A DNA stretch of 59,504 bases from a virus (lineage: Duplodnaviria > Caudoviricetes): the IMG/VR virus record IMGVR_UViG_3300050021_000174, positions 1 through 59,504 of that record. The stretch is one strand, 5' to 3'. Shown one piece after another: positions 37,099 through 47,409 of this stretch (within the stretch, counting starts at the first letter, position 1; every line of letters starts with the position of its first letter). The notes under the pieces are model-generated. The model was not told where the DNA came from. It did no database searches and saw only the letters and a program-made list of their open reading frames with translations. The translations under genes and the position numbers were made by a program.

Positions 37099-37544
37099 AT
37101 TCTCACCACCTCAACTATGTCTTCCTGATCTGGCCCGTATGCTTTGCGGGTTGATTCAATCGTGAAGCCCAAATGTTTTGCCCACCTAACGTCTTGGTCT
37201 AAAGAGGGAAACACTTTGCCTTGCATCCGCACCCATCCGTGCTCGCGTTGGGTCCGATCAAGGTTATCTCGGCATAACTTGAAGGCAAGTTTCCTGTGTT
37301 TCTTTATCCCTGATCTCGAAATGAACATTACGACTTCTGCAAGACTCGGCCACAGGAGTTGGAGAAACACTACCGACGCTACAACACTATCTCCCACAAA
37401 CAGCGTGAAGCCGGTTCCGGCTCTTTCAACTACATCCATGTAAGGTTTAGTCTGAATAAAATCCTTCACTCTGCCGACAGTATCAATGTCAGGGATAGAC
37501 AGGGCGTGTGCGGCCTTGAAGGGTTCTATTTTGAAGTCTGTCAT
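37083..37544 (-). CDS. GNAT-fold protein (T7 gp13-like position)
   Basis: RMQGKV...RWAKHLGFTIESTRKAYGPD. Confidence 0.7.
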   Translation of the reverse strand: MTDFKIEPFKAAHALSIPDIDTVGRVKDFIQTKPYMDVVERAGTGFTLFVGDSVVASVVFLQLLWPSLAEVVMFISRSGIKKHRKLAFKLCRDNLDRTQREHGWVRMQGKVFPSLDQDVRWAKHLGFTIESTRKAYGPDQEDIVEVVRICRPS

Positions 37545-37693
37545 TAAACCCTTTCATCGTTCTGTGGGCATATTCTCACTAGTTCTTTTTGGTTACTGAC
37601 AGTTCCACAACCCGGACTTACGCATAACCATAATTGCACCGGCATGATTTGAGTCTCCGGCGTTTGGTTCGCGGCGGTATCTGCTGGAACTTC

Positions 37694-37906
37694 TCAGAGC
37701 GTAAAAACCGGCACGAACACATTTCCTTTACATTTAGGACATCCCAAGGTCGCAAGCGGAGTATCATCAAATTCCTTTTCTTTTCGCTTCAGATGTGAAC
37801 CTATCGGAACAACCTTCATCGGCGCGATCCTACTCAACTCTCCAAACTCAACTCGACAGAAACAGCACTTATCTCCATCGGGAGCCCCGGTGTTGATTGA
37901 AAGCAA
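37694..37906 (-). CDS. Small Cys-rich protein
   Basis: CPKC motif; overlaps the end of tail tubular B, start uncertain. Confidence 0.3.
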   Translation of the reverse strand: MLSINTGAPDGDKCCFCRVEFGELSRIAPMKVVPIGSHLKRKEKEFDDTPLATLGCPKCKGNVFVPVFTL

Positions 37907-40896
37907 ATAGAAAGCTCATCGGTATTGGAACTAAACGGTAGTCGCTTGACCCCATTAAATAAAGGCCGCTGAGTATCGGCCATCAAATCGCTGTATGTAA
38001 TGTCGTACAAATCTGTAAAGCTCGCTCCGTATTGTCCGCCGAGACTATTCAACATTCTTACAGCAAGACTGAAGGATAGCTTTTGCCTTCCTAAGCTGGC
38101 TCCCTGTCTGTCAACGGGATCCAATGGGAAGGTCTGGATACTTCCCTGATACGGCAGACCTACCACGGCGCTTACCTGCGGAACCCTCGAAACGGTAATG
38201 GAGCCGCCGGAAACAACGTATTGCCGATCTTCTGGAAGTCCGTCCACAATAGCTGTTGCCGTCATGCCGTCCAGATAGTCTAGTCCCGTAAGGGTGGCGG
38301 CACCGGCTGAAAATACGGTTGCACAATCAAGCAGGCAGAAATCGCTTGCCACGCGGGCCGCCGTACTCAAAGGTTCGTTGTTCGCCATGAGTTCAACGCA
38401 TCGCACTGTCTGGCCGTTTATGGTTCTATTTACAATGCACCATAGTTCGTCATAGCCCACTGTTATCCCGTTGCTCGCCATCTTGGAGGCACACGATTCG
38501 AACGTACCCTGAGTCGTTATCCTGGACCACGCCACTACCTTCTCGTCGCGTTGGTAGGTCAGGGCAAGAAGAACTCCATCCCCTCGAACACAGTAAACAA
38601 TCGAATGGGGCTCCTGCTGATAGCACATATCAAATATGCCGCCTACCGTGATGTGCTCTGCCCTGATCGTTAAGTCGGGAGCTTTGAATCCATCGGACGC
38701 TAAATCGTAAACAAATTCCCTTATCTTCCGCCTAGCCACCTGAGTAAACAACGTAGCCTGCCCTATAGAAACGGGAGCCGGGTATTGTGCGCTGCCGTGT
38801 GAGGTCTGGATATTACACAAAATAGATGTTGCCGTTATGGGAGTCTGATTACTGCCGGAACCGCCCGTGATTTGCCCTTCTTCCCCTATGGAGCCAATCA
38901 TTATGCCTCGCTGGCTCTCCATCCACACTATCGGGTCAATAAGCTGAGTTGGAGAAAAGGTTATGGCCGCGTCGTCCGTATCTCCATCTGGGTTGAAGTT
39001 CTCAAAGTCTCCAACCCACGATCCCCAGATCGTGTCACCCATTCCAAACCAGAGGCGATCGTCATGGAAAAGGGCTGTTGCCGGGTAGCCCCGATACCCT
39101 GACCACGCTCCTTCGCGCCAATTCGGAGTAGGGTTCGTGCTATTGAAAGGAAAAAGAACCGATCCTGTAACCTGAGAGGGTGATATGTACTGCGTTATGA
39201 CCAATGTGCCCCACTGCTCTGCCTGGGATATTTGGCCCGTGTTCCCTGATCCGCTAGAGTATTGAGTACAAAAGAGCCGGTAATAGATATTGCTTCTCGA
39301 TTCTACAAAGCTCTGAGTCGTAGAATAAAAAAATGTGGCGACATCTTCCCAATAATTGAGGTCCGTGCTGCTTTGTAAAACGATTGTGCCTATCCAGTAA
39401 CTTCCACCGTCCGGCGGAGTGTCGGGGGTAGTATCTACTTGGAATTTACCCCTCAGACGCAAGGGAGCGGTGGCTTGCCCCACCGACGTAAAATCTTGAG
39501 CTACGGTCTGACCGCCATGCTTTAATCTCCATAACGCACCTACATGGCCGGGATAAAAGACAACTCCAGGACCAGTGGGAGTTATTCCTAACTGGCATCG
39601 CCAATCGACCGACATATTATTTATGATCGCCCCCGGTGTTGATCCAGCTCCCGACCCATAGGACAAATCCTGATTCACACATCCAAGGGTAATGCCATCC
39701 ACCGGAGCAAGGCAGGTAAATACTATCCAATACGCTGTGCCGGGGGATAAAGCGACCGGCGTTGTGAACTCAAACGTATACACGGTATTCCCGTGTTTAT
39801 TGATGTCAACAAGGCTGCTTGTATCTATGACGGTTCCCGGACTGCCCGATGCGTTTGAATAAACGTAGGCAATTACGGGCGTTGCCGTAGGAGGGGCCGC
39901 AGTTACGTAGAGCTGCGCCGAATTAACCTCGAACCCACCGGACGGGGTAAACATAAAACCCAGGGAGGGCGAGTCCGCAGTAAAGGCGGGTTGCGATGCA
40001 GTTACAACATCCGTCCATGTTCCTGTGTATGTTTTTGACCCTCTATAGCTCGCTGTAAGCGTTACGCTTTCGTAGGCAGAAGCAGACCCTCCTGCCGACA
40101 CAAAGGCCAGGGTTTCTCCGGTTGTGTATCCCGTAGGAGTTCCGGTCTGTGTAACCCCGGTAACGGAACCATTTACTATGATGGGGGTAAACGTAAGTCC
40201 AGATCCACCTGACGCATATGCCGTCACTGGGGCTGTTAGCCCGGAGCCGCCGTTAATAATAATTACCTGAACCGCCTGCTGATTCGGTCCATTGAACAAC
40301 TTAAAGTTGACAACGTTCAGAACGGCTTGAGGCTGCACTATTTGCGACCCGTCGCTACCCGTGGCGCTTACCTGCATGAACAAAGTTGAATCGTCGTTCT
40401 GATCCATGTAGGGACCATCGTTGAAGCTAACAGCCGGGAACGACCATGATGCTTGGGAGAACCGCTGCAGCTTGTAGACCGGGTGCAAAGGGTTTACACA
40501 GTAGACAACATCGAAACTTTCGGCCGTCTGTATATAGGGTAGATCGTCCGTCTGGTATGGCGTTGCCACCTCAAGGGGCAAGCCGGTATTGGGGTCCAGA
40601 ATCCATGAGTACGGAGGACCGGAGAAAAACCTGATGTACTCGTTTCCCCATTCCATCATGTAGGATTCGAGATTGGAGAAGATGAACGGTATGAGTCTTG
40701 CCGTAACGCTCGGGTCTTTGGTCTGAGCTATGAACTTGAAACCCGGGCGAACGAACGCCGGACCATGAGGGCAGATAAGGAAGTTTTCTAAAACCTGGCA
40801 GGCATCTTTATATCCTTGCTCTTCGACCTGACCGAGCAGCTTCGCACTCCATTCGCCATAGTTTAGGGCGGATATAAGAGAATATTGGTTAGGCAT
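37834..40896 (-). CDS. Tail tubular protein B / nozzle
   Basis: N.GEWS..L, NF.I.PHG....RPGF, RLIPFIFS, GYPATALFHDDRLWF, DLTIRAEHI, VVAWSR. Confidence 0.85.
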   Translation of the reverse strand: MPNQYSLISALNYGEWSAKLLGQVEEQGYKDACQVLENFLICPHGPAFVRPGFKFIAQTKDPSVTARLIPFIFSNLESYMMEWGNEYIRFFSGPPYSWILDPNTGLPLEVATPYQTDDLPYIQTAESFDVVYCVNPLHPVYKLQRFSQASWSFPAVSFNDGPYMDQNDDSTLFMQVSATGSDGSQIVQPQAVLNVVNFKLFNGPNQQAVQVIIINGGSGLTAPVTAYASGGSGLTFTPIIVNGSVTGVTQTGTPTGYTTGETLAFVSAGGSASAYESVTLTASYRGSKTYTGTWTDVVTASQPAFTADSPSLGFMFTPSGGFEVNSAQLYVTAAPPTATPVIAYVYSNASGSPGTVIDTSSLVDINKHGNTVYTFEFTTPVALSPGTAYWIVFTCLAPVDGITLGCVNQDLSYGSGAGSTPGAIINNMSVDWRCQLGITPTGPGVVFYPGHVGALWRLKHGGQTVAQDFTSVGQATAPLRLRGKFQVDTTPDTPPDGGSYWIGTIVLQSSTDLNYWEDVATFFYSTTQSFVESRSNIYYRLFCTQYSSGSGNTGQISQAEQWGTLVITQYISPSQVTGSVLFPFNSTNPTPNWREGAWSGYRGYPATALFHDDRLWFGMGDTIWGSWVGDFENFNPDGDTDDAAITFSPTQLIDPIVWMESQRGIMIGSIGEEGQITGGSGSNQTPITATSILCNIQTSHGSAQYPAPVSIGQATLFTQVARRKIREFVYDLASDGFKAPDLTIRAEHITVGGIFDMCYQQEPHSIVYCVRGDGVLLALTYQRDEKVVAWSRITTQGTFESCASKMASNGITVGYDELWCIVNRTINGQTVRCVELMANNEPLSTAARVASDFCLLDCATVFSAGAATLTGLDYLDGMTATAIVDGLPEDRQYVVSGGSITVSRVPQVSAVVGLPYQGSIQTFPLDPVDRQGASLGRQKLSFSLAVRMLNSLGGQYGASFTDLYDITYSDLMADTQRPLFNGVKRLPFSSNTDELSICFQSTPGLPMEISAVSVELSLES

Positions 40897-41552
40897 TATT
40901 CACTCTGCCCCTGCCGCCAGCCACGGCTTCTAAACATCTTCCTGCCTTTGAGCCATGAGTCTCTTTGCTCGGGCGGTTGCCACGTTCCCTTCTGTGCATC
41001 TCGCGCCTGCGCCTTGGCAATAAGACCGGCAGATATTTTCATAAGCTCTTCTGAAAGCTTTTCGTTTCCCGTCATCGGGTATGCCAAAGTTGCCGCTATG
41101 TTGTGGGCCAACGCCAACGTGAACATACCAGAAAAAAGCCCCGTCTCGGTAACTCGATAAGTGTATTTCAAGAAGACGTAAGGGATATTTGTTAGGAGTA
41201 AATCGCCCTCTACAACCCACGGGAAGGAATCAATATCACGCCACAGCCCATCGGGCCAAACGACCCCGGCAGTGGGCTCATCTTCACTCCCGCTTAGGTC
41301 GAGTGGCATTATCAAATCAGGAGGCATCTGGAATTGATACAAGTAACCGAAAGCCGGACCCGTCGATAGCTGCTGCAACTGAACCCGCTCCGTTGCGAAC
41401 GTCCAGGCATACTCTTCGAGAAGCGAGTCAAGCAGGATCGGATAGGCTGCGCTGACCAACTGCGCCTGCTCGGTATTTTCCGTGATCGAGACAATGGGCT
41501 TACGTTTCAAAAGTGTCATTGCCATTGTTCCGATCTGTTCAATGCTTGCCAC
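40896..41552 (-). CDS. Tail tubular protein A / adaptor
   Basis: YAWTFATERVQL...PAFGYLYQFQMPPD...F..ALAHNIAATLAYP. Confidence 0.85.
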   Translation of the reverse strand: MASIEQIGTMAMTLLKRKPIVSITENTEQAQLVSAAYPILLDSLLEEYAWTFATERVQLQQLSTGPAFGYLYQFQMPPDLIMPLDLSGSEDEPTAGVVWPDGLWRDIDSFPWVVEGDLLLTNIPYVFLKYTYRVTETGLFSGMFTLALAHNIAATLAYPMTGNEKLSEELMKISAGLIAKAQARDAQKGTWQPPEQRDSWLKGRKMFRSRGWRQGQSE

Positions 41553-41553
41553 G

Positions 41554-41994
41554 TTAATCTCCTGCTGCGGTCAGGTACAACTTCACTTTCCCCTGTACGG
41601 AATTTCCCGGACCCGAAACGTTCAGGGTTAGCGAATCGCTGTTGCTCTCACCTATAAGGACGGCCCCGTAGATAGCATTGGCGGTATCCTGCTTAGGGAT
41701 AGCTGCTTCGGTGGCCGTGCGGCTTCTGGTAGCGCCTACACCGCCTAAAACGTCATACCCATCCGCATCAACTAGCGTTACAGTATAAGTGCTCGAAGGT
41801 TCCAGAGATGAAGTACCCGGAACGGTTTTCACCCGGAATAGATATGAACCGGCTATTTTTTTGAAGATGTCCGAATTGAGAACCGTTCCCGTGAAAACAC
41901 CACTGCTGTCTGTGGTCCACACTAAAGAGACGATCCAAGTTATGAGCTGATTGTTTCGTGTCTGAACTACCGATTGCGCGAGTGAGCCTGCCAT
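41554..41994 (-). CDS. Putative virion structural protein
   Basis: Beta-rich, T/S/G-rich, in the head-tail region. Confidence 0.55.
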   Translation of the reverse strand: MAGSLAQSVVQTRNNQLITWIVSLVWTTDSSGVFTGTVLNSDIFKKIAGSYLFRVKTVPGTSSLEPSSTYTVTLVDADGYDVLGGVGATRSRTATEAAIPKQDTANAIYGAVLIGESNSDSLTLNVSGPGNSVQGKVKLYLTAAGD

Positions 41995-42042
41995 TAATCA
42001 CCTTTCTTTCTATGGGTGATAGCTTCCCGTTAGAATAAGTGT

Positions 42043-42234
42043 TTATCCCCCCAAAAGAGTCTTCGCGCCGCCAGTGCCTTGGTTCTGCCCCAGTATAGTA
42101 CTTTGGCGACCCATGGCACGCATGAGACGGATTTTCTCGGCGCTTGCCGCATTGTCCGTTGACTGCTCGGTTTCTTTAGCCGGTGGCGGCATGGGGGGCG
42201 TTGCGGGGGTTGATCCCCCAAACATTCCGCTCAT
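42043..42234 (-). CDS. Small podovirus virion protein (gp7.3-like)
   Basis: MSGMFGG..P.PP...R...GRQSTIL...KTLLG. Confidence 0.65.
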   Translation of the reverse strand: MSGMFGGSTPATPPMPPPAKETEQSTDNAASAEKIRLMRAMGRQSTILGQNQGTGGAKTLLGG

Positions 42235-42252
42235 GCGAGTTGTCCTTTCAGG

Positions 42253-43467
42253 TTAGGCGATACGTGTAAACTGCATTGTGGCACCCGCATAGACGCTGGA
42301 CGTATCGGCGTGAGAAGCATGTTGTGCCATCTGCATTTGAATTGTTCCGCCCGTTCCAACTACCATCGACCCACGTATTACGGTGTCGATAATCGCAGTC
42401 TGAGAATCAAGAAGGAGCGTTTGGTCGGCGGTCGTGGTCGTATGCTGTGTTACCAAAGCGGAAGCGGTAAACCCCTTGCCGGTAGCCTCTATTGAAGTCA
42501 GGACGGTCGTTGTCAGCTTGAAGGCCACTTTGATGCCGCCGTTGGCTGTCGCTGTTCCAGGCAGATTCACCACAAAAGCGTAAGTCCCCGGCACTACGGT
42601 CGCCACCAAACCTGTCACATTGGCGAGGGTTATGTTGGATGTAGCATCCTGCTGGCTGGAACACCGCGACCAATCGGTAGAGACGGCCCCGGTAATAGTC
42701 TTGTTGGTCAAGGTCTGAGTGGCCGCGATGAGCGCAATCGTATCGGTTGCCGCAGGCAGGGTCGCCGTATAGTCCGAACCGCTCGAATTAGCCGTGGCGA
42801 TGACCGCCTTACCGGTTGAGGAACCTTTCAACTTGATTGAGGTAGTGGCGTCTACGGTGGTGAAAGCTCCGGCAAGGGGGGTTGACCCGCCTATTGCCAC
42901 ATTGTTCATCGTGCTGGCCGCAGTCGGGTTCACAGTAAGAACGCCGGTGGGAGAAATGGCAACCGTAGCCACAGGACTGATGGTTACTGTCCCGGTCCCC
43001 GTTGGAGAGATAGCAACGTTGGCACTCACCGGAGATAGAGTAACGGTACTGGACGCCGCAAGAGTTGTGAATGAACCAGCGCCGCCGCCCGTCGTCCCAG
43101 CTATGGATGCGAAATCAGTACCGGTCCCATAAAGCCAAACAACCGTACCGTTGGTTACGGAAACGCCGGTTGCCGGGCTAGGCCCCTTCACCGTAAGCGC
43201 ATACCCGGTCGAGTTAGCAACCAGAATGATTTGTCCCTTACGAGCCTTAAAAATTGCATTTACGGCCCCGTTTGCGTTTGTAGCGATAATGAGTTGGGCT
43301 CGGTTCTCACCGGCGGTAGCCGTCCAAGCAACAGCGGCAGCGCCGTAGTCATGAGAAGCTACTTGGAACTTGGAAATTCCGACTCCGATTACATCGGCAA
43401 TAAGGGACAGTCCATTGATCGGATCTTCAACAATCTGCTTACGTCTTTTTTCAACAGTTCCACTCAT
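42253..43467 (-). CDS. Putative head fibre/decoration protein
   Basis: T/A/G-rich; AGSFTTL, IGGSTPLAGAFTT, TQTLTNKT fibre motifs. Confidence 0.6.
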   Translation of the reverse strand: MSGTVEKRRKQIVEDPINGLSLIADVIGVGISKFQVASHDYGAAAVAWTATAGENRAQLIIATNANGAVNAIFKARKGQIILVANSTGYALTVKGPSPATGVSVTNGTVVWLYGTGTDFASIAGTTGGGAGSFTTLAASSTVTLSPVSANVAISPTGTGTVTISPVATVAISPTGVLTVNPTAASTMNNVAIGGSTPLAGAFTTVDATTSIKLKGSSTGKAVIATANSSGSDYTATLPAATDTIALIAATQTLTNKTITGAVSTDWSRCSSQQDATSNITLANVTGLVATVVPGTYAFVVNLPGTATANGGIKVAFKLTTTVLTSIEATGKGFTASALVTQHTTTTADQTLLLDSQTAIIDTVIRGSMVVGTGGTIQMQMAQHASHADTSSVYAGATMQFTRIA

Positions 43468-43545
43468 TTTTATTTCTCCTGTCCGTCCGCTCTCCAAGAG
43501 CGAGGTCGCTAACCAGGCTGAGTACCTGGCGCGTCAGGTCTTTCG

Positions 43546-44109
43546 TTAACGTATAGCCCGCCCCGTTGACATATCGGCCGGATTAAATCTTTCCGGTTCG
43601 GGAGCAGGATTGAGAAGCTGCTTCGGACTGGTTGGTTCCGGAGCGTCGAGAATTTCCACATTGATCTTCGTGTCCATGATCTCGAACCTGAAATTGAAGG
43701 GTTCCCCTGGCCCACCTACCGGAACTTTGTTCCTGGCGTAGTTGATCTTTCGGGGATCAACTAGAATCTTGGCCCAAAGTTTCTTCGTTTCCTTTGCCCC
43801 TTCTGGATCATACGGTTCAAACTGAAAGGGGATGAGCCTATCGGTTTCAACATCGACAACCGAAGCGCCTGCCGGATACCAGTATTCGCGGGCATAATCC
43901 CACTTGTGCGGCGTCTCGTGTTGCGAGAACTCTATGTCTATTGTGTCACCCTTTCTATAGAGATGCCCACCATCAGTACCAGGACGGGTCCAGAAACATT
44001 TGTCTTCCCTGCAAACCCAATGGGTAATGCGGGGAACACCCTTTACCTCTTCGGGCTCAGGTTGCACTTGGGCCGCCCCTGTTGGATCGAATTTATATTC
44101 CTTAGCCAT
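43546..44109 (-). CDS. Hypothetical protein
   Basis: AGGAGA RBS, follows the capsid genes. Confidence 0.55.
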   Translation of the reverse strand: MAKEYKFDPTGAAQVQPEPEEVKGVPRITHWVCREDKCFWTRPGTDGGHLYRKGDTIDIEFSQHETPHKWDYAREYWYPAGASVVDVETDRLIPFQFEPYDPEGAKETKKLWAKILVDPRKINYARNKVPVGGPGEPFNFRFEIMDTKINVEILDAPEPTSPKQLLNPAPEPERFNPADMSTGRAIR

Positions 44110-44169
44110 ACTCAGTTCTCCTTGGGTAAGGGAAGGGGATTCCCTCCCCCGCCCCAGGTTAAGTCTTGT

Positions 44170-44616
44170 TTACGTTCCTGATCCAGTCGGAAGGGGTTCG
44201 CCAGAAAGCCATGCCGTAAAGGTTCCTCCTGTAGCGTTTTCGCCCGCTACAGTATTTACGATCTCAAGGTATCTGGGAGCGTTCGGAGGAATGGCGATGA
44301 ACGTCCCGAACCCTACGACGAGTTGCGCCTGAGTGAAGGCAACCGAACCGACAAGTTTTGCAAAGCCCGAAGTGGTGGCCGAGCCCCAAAGCTCGAAGGT
44401 TGATGTCATGGTGTTGCCAGCCGAAGCCCCGGCAGCCGCCATCTGAATGTTTGCGAACACGGGCTTGCCCATACCAATGTCAAAATTGGCAAGTACGGCC
44501 CCGAAAGCATCCGTACCAACTCCGGTGTCAATATAGTCGCTCGCGTTGGCTCCGGTGTTTCCGAGTGCTTGAGGATTGGTGGTTTTTGTAAAGAGTGCGT
44601 CGTAGTCGTAAGGCAT
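44170..44616 (-). CDS. Capsid cement protein (Bbp16-like)
   Basis: D..F...Q......SDYID...DIGMGKP...RYLEIV.TV...ATGGTFTAWL; directly after MCP. Confidence 0.75.
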   Translation of the reverse strand: MPYDYDALFTKTTNPQALGNTGANASDYIDTGVGTDAFGAVLANFDIGMGKPVFANIQMAAAGASAGNTMTSTFELWGSATTSGFAKLVGSVAFTQAQLVVGFGTFIAIPPNAPRYLEIVNTVAGENATGGTFTAWLSGEPLPTGSGT

Positions 44617-44645
44617 ATCTATGCTCCTTCCTTGTCGAGCAAGTG

Positions 44646-45611
44646 TTAGCTGATTTGGGTTTCTGAGTTGTTAATCATTTCGTCGATATAGATCGGAACT
44701 CCCAACACGGCCGGAACTTCTCCGGTTCCCCAGGGGTCTTCCATTGTGTACCAGACGTTCCCCTTGTCCTTGGCCGCTTTGTAAACCTGCGCCCAAATAA
44801 AGCGGTTCACATAGGCATACCCGCCGCCAGCACGGTTTCTCATCTGCGCTATAACGGAAATGAAGGTATCATCATCCCATGTCGATGCCGATCCAGTGGG
44901 AATGATATTTGCGATACGCCCTATAGCGAGAGGGTCTTTTACAACAAGGCCACCCTCCCAAACGAAATGGTCGCGGTAGACTTCCATGAGGCTACCGTCG
45001 CTGAACTGTTTGGTGTCCCTGCCCAAGTCTTCATGCAGAAGCCAACCTTCGCCGCCACGCGGGTAGACCATGAAAGCGGTATCTTCGCCCCAAAGGATTA
45101 CATACATTGAGGTAAGGGCCGCGCCAGTACCGCCGCATCCCTGAATGGTCGTGCTATTCAAAGCGGACATACGGGGTGCAAGGCCGGTCCATGCAAGCGG
45201 GGTTGTGGCTACATTGCCGTACCACAGGTTTGTAGCCCATGTCTGAGCGATGCCTTCCATCGACCCGACAACTTCATCCATACGGTATTCTTGAGGGTTG
45301 GGCATCTTATCCACAAGGCCCTTATCAAGTTCGATATAGCCTTCGAGCATACCGATGTAATCCCGGATTTGCTTCCTGCGCCCGATGTCAGGACTTACGC
45401 CAACGTTAAACCCGCGCCATGTACCGGCGGGCAGATAGGTTCTTTGGACCTCCACGTTCGAGGTCATGTCGTTTCCCTCTTTCCAGATCGGATGCTGGAT
45501 GCCGGGTTTCATCTTATAGAGGATTTCTGCAACCCGAATCATTTCGTTATTGTGGGTCGCCTTGGCTGCTTCAAGAAGGGTCAACCTTCCCACTGTTGAT
45601 ACTGCTGCCAT
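44646..45611 (-). CDS. Major capsid protein (BPP-1 Bbp17-like)
   Basis: LTLLEAAK...EGND...RTYLPAGTWRGFNVGV...GLAPR...W..GLVVKD...RIANI...GVPI. Confidence 0.9.
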   Translation of the reverse strand: MAAVSTVGRLTLLEAAKATHNNEMIRVAEILYKMKPGIQHPIWKEGNDMTSNVEVQRTYLPAGTWRGFNVGVSPDIGRRKQIRDYIGMLEGYIELDKGLVDKMPNPQEYRMDEVVGSMEGIAQTWATNLWYGNVATTPLAWTGLAPRMSALNSTTIQGCGGTGAALTSMYVILWGEDTAFMVYPRGGEGWLLHEDLGRDTKQFSDGSLMEVYRDHFVWEGGLVVKDPLAIGRIANIIPTGSASTWDDDTFISVIAQMRNRAGGGYAYVNRFIWAQVYKAAKDKGNVWYTMEDPWGTGEVPAVLGVPIYIDEMINNSETQIS

Positions 45612-45659
45612 GATTTATGTCTCCTTCGTATCTCCGGCTTTGGCAAATACGATGCGTTG

Positions 45660-46481
45660 CTACTTTCTGCCCTTCTTGTTTGATCCCATACTTTTTGAGT
45701 AGTCAAACATGGGACGGCCGTCTTTCCGTGTGGGACTTTCGCCACCACCACCTTGACCGCCGCCGTCTGAAGGGGGTACGTAGTCTTCGCTGATCGCCTT
45801 ACCGATCTTTTCCATTAAACGGACTAAGGTCGGGTTACTGCCAAGCCGGGTATCTTCGAAATATTGAAATTCACTATCTGAAGCAAACTTTCTGAAAGTC
45901 TGCTGCACCAGTTTCGATTTGCTATCAAACTCGTTACCCCACTCGATCTTCAGCGCCTCGATGCCTTCTTGCTCATTCTTGGCGACTTGATCCATGAATG
46001 CCTGCTGCATGACCATGTACTGACCCGCTATGGCCTCGAACTGCTCCTGACCCATACCCGCTTTATGGGCCGCATCTTTCATTGAGGCCACAAAGGCAGG
46101 ATCAACCGGCAAGCCCTTTGGTATATCGAGAGTGTACCCGTCTGCCTTTTCGGGAACCTTGGGGAGTTTGGCGCTGAGTTCTTCATTCTGCTTTGTTATA
46201 TCGTCCTTTGCTTTCTGGAGTTCGAGATGAGCTTTTGCAAGCTCGGATACGTCCTTGCCCTTGAAGTCCTTAAAGGAATCGGACGTTTTGTATTCATCGC
46301 TCAGACCATCGAACCAATTAGGAGCTTCGATCTTGCCGTTTGCTCCAGCGGTTCCCGCGTCTGCGTTTGTATCGGAGTTGCCGGTACCAGCCGCTCCGCC
46401 TTCAACTATTGCCGCACTCACATCGGGGGCGGGAGTTCCGCTTACGTTGGGTATCGTGCCGCCGCTTGCTACATCTGCCAT
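45660..46481 (-). CDS. Capsid scaffolding protein
   Basis: WFDGLSDE, PEKADGY, LKIEWG, LGSNPTLVRLMEKIGKAISED; between portal and MCP. Confidence 0.8.
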   Translation of the reverse strand: MADVASGGTIPNVSGTPAPDVSAAIVEGGAAGTGNSDTNADAGTAGANGKIEAPNWFDGLSDEYKTSDSFKDFKGKDVSELAKAHLELQKAKDDITKQNEELSAKLPKVPEKADGYTLDIPKGLPVDPAFVASMKDAAHKAGMGQEQFEAIAGQYMVMQQAFMDQVAKNEQEGIEALKIEWGNEFDSKSKLVQQTFRKFASDSEFQYFEDTRLGSNPTLVRLMEKIGKAISEDYVPPSDGGGQGGGGESPTRKDGRPMFDYSKSMGSNKKGRK

Positions 46482-46508
46482 TTGGTTCTCCTGTTTAGTC
46501 CGCCAATA

Positions 46509-46599
46509 GAAAAAGGCCCTCACCGGCCTGTGCACAGGAGAGCCTTCTTCGATATTGGCTCCATCAACGGGGGATCAACCCGGATGGAAAGATTGTCAG
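46509..46599 (-). promoter_or_regulatory. Two-hairpin leader/terminator upstream of scaffold-capsid genes
   Basis: TCCATC..CGGG-TTGATCC-CCCG..GATGGA stem, then GAAGGCTCTC...GAGGGCCTTTTT. Confidence 0.4.
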
Positions 46600-46613
46600 A
46601 TTAAATTATTACG

Positions 46614-46844
46614 CTATATGTCTCCTACCATTTCAAAATATTCCTTCCGATGTGCGAAAACGAATTTACTGGTGTATTGGTCCATCTCTATTTTTAAATC
46701 ACACACATTGCCGCAAAGATAAGTAGCCCTATCCATTGGGCAGCTTGGACAGTAATCAGATATGCCTCTGCCGTAGCAGAGCATCCTTGCTTGCGCTGTA
46801 TCGTAGTCAGCCACTTCCTTGCAACTCATCGGTATGCCTCTCAT
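46614..46844 (-). CDS. Small Cys-rich hypothetical protein
   Basis: ATGA overlap with the upstream gene. Confidence 0.4.
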   Translation of the reverse strand: MRGIPMSCKEVADYDTAQARMLCYGRGISDYCPSCPMDRATYLCGNVCDLKIEMDQYTSKFVFAHRKEYFEMVGDI

Positions 46845-47182
46845 TTTACGTCCAATTCTTTTTTCTGGCTATTCAACTCGTCTATCAGGGCTTGTTCTGC
46901 CGACTGCCCCTGTTTATATACACACTCGGCGTAGATACCTGGGATGTTGTCGGCTATCGCCAGAAGCGAAGCTCTAACGCCCTCGTTGAAAGAACTTGTA
47001 TCTCTCGAATTTGTAAAAGATGTTCTCCATATGAAACTACTATTTATTATATCAGTCAAGACCTTACGGCCGTGTTCTGTTCCGAAGGTCTTAGCGTAAT
47101 CATTATGAAGATTCAACCGCATCACAAGTATCTCGCGCGCGGCCTCTTCTCGTTCTTCTCTTTCGCGTTGGCGTATTTCCAT
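46841..47182 (-). CDS. Bbp19-like protein
   Basis: DYAKTFGTEHGRKVLTDI...FNEGVR. Confidence 0.75.
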   Translation of the reverse strand: MEIRQREREEREEAAREILVMRLNLHNDYAKTFGTEHGRKVLTDIINSSFIWRTSFTNSRDTSSFNEGVRASLLAIADNIPGIYAECVYKQGQSAEQALIDELNSQKKELDVK

Positions 47183-47409
47183 TACCTTTTCTTTGCCACT
47201 TTGCCACCGGAGCGGGGAGCGGCCTTATTGGCAACGGTGCGTAATGCCTTCACTTCTTCGGCTTTGTCCTTTATCATTGACTGTGCTGCCTTGGCCGCAC
47301 CTTTTAACCGATTAGGGTCGCCCATGATCTGCTTTGCTTCTGTCAGAGTCCTGGCATCACTCTCGCGCTGCCATTTAGCATCAAACGATACAGCTGTTGG
47401 TTTTGACAT
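47182..47409 (-). CDS. Small basic virion-module protein
   Basis: KWQRESDARTLTEAKQIMGDPNRLKGA. Confidence 0.6.
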   Translation of the reverse strand: MSKPTAVSFDAKWQRESDARTLTEAKQIMGDPNRLKGAAKAAQSMIKDKAEEVKALRTVANKAAPRSGGKVAKKR

